A stretch of 64,000 nt of DNA. Origin: Amoebidium appalachense (taxonomy: Eukaryota > Protista > Ichthyosporea). The stretch spans positions 8,281,059 through 8,345,058 of the forward strand of contig CAVNZM010000002.1 in NCBI GenBank assembly GCA_963693365.1, given 5' to 3'. This document shows, one piece after another, positions 58,609 through 64,000 of the stretch. The position numbers were made by a program, and so were the translations under genes. How positions within the stretch are numbered: the first letter of the stretch is position 1; each line of letters opens with the position of its first letter. The notes beneath the pieces are model-generated. The model was not told the DNA's origin. It did no database searches and worked only from the letters and a program-made list of their open reading frames with translations.

Positions 58609-59228
58609 GGGTGAGTGGATGGGTGGGTGGGCCCGGGGTGGGTGGGGGGATGGGTGGGTGGGTGGGTGGTGGGGTGGTGGTGGTGGTGGTGGTGGTGATG
58701 GTGGTGGTGGTGATGGTGGTGGTGGTGGTGGGGGGGGGGGGGGGGGGGGTGTAGTCGTCAGGCAAAGAGGGCTTGCGGGTTTAATGACCGGGAGGGAGGT
58801 GGGAAGAGGCAGGGGGATGGGGGGGGGAAAGGAGAGGAGGGAGGGAGCTCGAGGGGGGGGGGGGGGGGGAAGGTGTTAACCAGTTGCGGGAGGGGGGGGG
58901 GGGGGGGGGGGGGGTGGGGGGGTGGGGGGGGTACGGAGATAGAGTCTCAGAGAGACAGAGACAAGGACTGACAGAGTTGTTTGGAGATAGAGAGAGGAGA
59001 AACAGACGACATCTCGAGAGAGAATGAGAAATTGGGAGGGAGATAGAGAGAGAACGTGTGTGTGTTTATGTGTGTGTGCCAAGCAGGAGACGGGTGGGGA
59101 GGGAGGGGGAGGGGGGGGGCGGGATAGATAGATAGAGAGAGAGTGTGTGTGGGTGTGTGTGGTGGGTGTGTGTGTATGTGTGAGAGAGAGAGAGAGAGGG
59201 GGGGGGGGGGGGGGGGAGAGAGAGATAC

Positions 59229-59336
<108 letters not shown>

Positions 59337-59894
59337 AGAGAGAGAGAGAGAGAGAAAAAGAGAGAGAGAGAGAACAACCCACCTTCACATACTATATGTA
59401 TCATCAGGTGCACCACTTCATAGCCACTACCTGACATCAAAAGCTCGCATCAATCCTGGTAGCTGCTCGAAGCCATTTTCTCGTGCAAATCTATTTTCTC
59501 CCCCAAGCCTTGAAGGCCCAGGATTCCCAAGGATGAGGTGTAGGTATCTGCAACCACAAAAATAGACTCAATTTACAACACCTAGAAACTTTCATAGTGT
59601 CTGGAAAAATGGGGATAATCTGTGAGCAAGGTGAAAACAAGGACGGGAAATGTTACGGCAGCGTGAAGCGGGAGCGGACCGTGACAGTTGGACGAGGCGA
59701 TGGGTGGGAAGGGGGGAAGGGGGAGAAAAAAAAAGGGAGGGAGGAGGCGGGGGGGGGGGGGGGGGGGGGGAGGGGGGAGGGGGGAGGGGGGGGAGGGGAG
59801 GAGGAGGACACAGACACATACATGGAAACGCATGCACCGATAGAGAAGCAAGGCCTCCTAATCTCTCTCCCAAGGCCTCCTAGATTAGGAGATT

Positions 59895-59976
59895 ACAAAA
59901 AAGGCCTTGGAGAGAAGTCGAAGGGGGCGTACATAAACCCCCCCCCCCTTCGACTTCTCTCCAAGGCCTTTTTTGT
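59895..59976. repeat. Perfect 33-bp inverted repeat (hairpin), 16-nt spacer
   Basis: acaaaaaaggccttggagagaagtcgaaggggg (59895-59927) is the exact reverse complement of 59944-59976. Confidence 0.9.
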
Positions 59977-60415
59977 TAGTCGAAGCTTGTTGCGATTGAG
60001 CAACTAATTGTGACGCAACCTTTATTCAATCGCTCAAAAAAAGAAGACTGATAAGGTCACACGTTTTAGACTGTATCTATATGCGGCAAGCTCGCTGCAG
60101 CTTTTGCCAGCTTTTCTTCGCTGTAAAAACCTTTTGGCTGGTGTAGTTTACACACTGTGTACTCTCTGTGTACTTAATCAAGATTATTATTGGTGGCCAC
60201 TGGTGCCTTTTATGTTCAGGAGTTTATATGCAGCAGTGAAGGGGCCTTTTGCCGTGTGTGTTTCTGTAGCCAGAGCAAATACTCCACTATGTTGTGATTC
60301 AGATCCGGAAAAGAGCTTGCGGTGATCACAGGTTTTGATAGCAACGACTTTCTTCTTCACATAGCACCAAAACTTCGCTCCACTCAATCCTGCTAGTGAT
60401 AACAAAAGATATACG

Positions 60416-62887
<2,472 letters not shown>

Positions 62888-63033
62888 GTAAGTTTAGAGA
62901 ATCATCACATCCCTTCCTTGCACACACACACACTCTCTGGCATGCGGGTACGTGTGCATACTCTCACCATTACTCGGACCCTCCCCCCCCCCCCCCCCCC
63001 CCCCCCCCCTGCCCTTCTAGACACACACACACA

Positions 63034-63138
<105 letters not shown>

Positions 63139-63304
63139 ACACCCACACGCACAGGCACGCACACACACGCTCACACACACACACACACCACACGCACGCA
63201 CACACACACACACACACCAACAGCGAGCCAACACACACGCACGCACAAGCACTCGGATGCATCTCAGCAGCCCCGTAGTCACAGGCACCTACCTTCTCAT
63301 ACAA

Positions 63305-63336
<32 letters not shown>

Positions 63337-63672
63337 TCCCCCCCTCCTCTCCCCTCCGGGTTGTAATTCTTTGTGCTTTTACTTCCTCCCCCCCCCCCCC
63401 CCCCCCCCCCCAAAACAATAATGGCCAGGTTAAGTTCCCCCTCTATTTCTCTTTGTCTCCATGTCCCCCCCCCCCCCCCCCCCTCCTCCTCTCCCCCTGC
63501 CCCTCCCCCCCCCCCCCCCCCCCCCCCCCCCTTCCCTCCCTCCCCCTTCTCCATAGGTTAGGGAGTCGGGGAGCTTTGTAGAAGCCCGGCTTATGCTCTA
63601 CTTCTCTGCTTGTTTTCTTTGGTTTTTGCTGCTTGCAGTTTTTGTAGACTCTGTTTTCTTAGATTGCTGCTC

Positions 63673-63830
63673 CTTGAACAACCCTGCTCGTCTTTGGCCA
63701 AGACGGGTGGACTCGCCTATTGCTGTTGAAACAAAGTATGGGTTGGGAACCACGCGCGAGAGGTTAAAGAGTCGAAACCCATGCTTTTGTGGAGGCATAG
63801 GAACCCCCTCGATGATGGGCTCTGCTCAAG
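63673..63830 (+). ncRNA. Unclassified structured RNA element, copy B (sense, downstream of the last visible UCK donor)
   Basis: Same conserved words (ACCCTGCTCGTCTTTG, AAGACGGGT, GTCGAAAC, GATGGGCTCTGCT) and the same stems as copy A, with divergent but still complementary stem sequences. Confidence 0.65.
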
Positions 63831-64000
63831 TGTCTTCTGCCTGCACGCTTAACTGTTTGATTTTGGGTTTCCCACGTTTGTGACGTTTTGTTGTGGCTCT
63901 TTGTTGTCTCTTCCATATTTCCAACCCTCTAACGCATACATCACCCCCCCGCCCCCCCCCCTTCCCCCCTCCCCTTCCCAACCTCTTGTTATGCATACTC

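Overview
Eukaryotic genomic DNA, intron-rich and saturated with poly-G/poly-C tracts and (CA)/(TG), (GA)/(TC) microsatellites. Most ORFs in the supplied track are low-complexity artefacts. The organism cannot be named from sequence; a unicellular eukaryote, possibly holozoan, is inference only. Genes reconstructed by hand from GT-AG exon chains: an intronless MFS transporter (+), an intronless secreted triple SapA-like repeat protein (+), a 4-exon TIMP/NTR-like secreted protein missed by the ORF track (+), a ~31-exon ERCC6/CSB/RAD26 (-), a multi-TM RING-H2 E3 ligase (+), a possible orphan gene (-), an intronless cathepsin B-like protease (-) and the 5' part of a uridine-cytidine kinase (+). 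Two MITEs sit in ERCC6 introns. The strongest novelty candidates are (1) a ~160-nt intronic, sense-oriented structured RNA family (two full copies with compensatory base changes, one truncated copy) that carries hammerhead-ribozyme core words in a non-canonical strand order, and (2) a TIMP-like gene with a non-TIMP C-terminal module. All structures and gene models were read by eye; no searches or folding programs were run.
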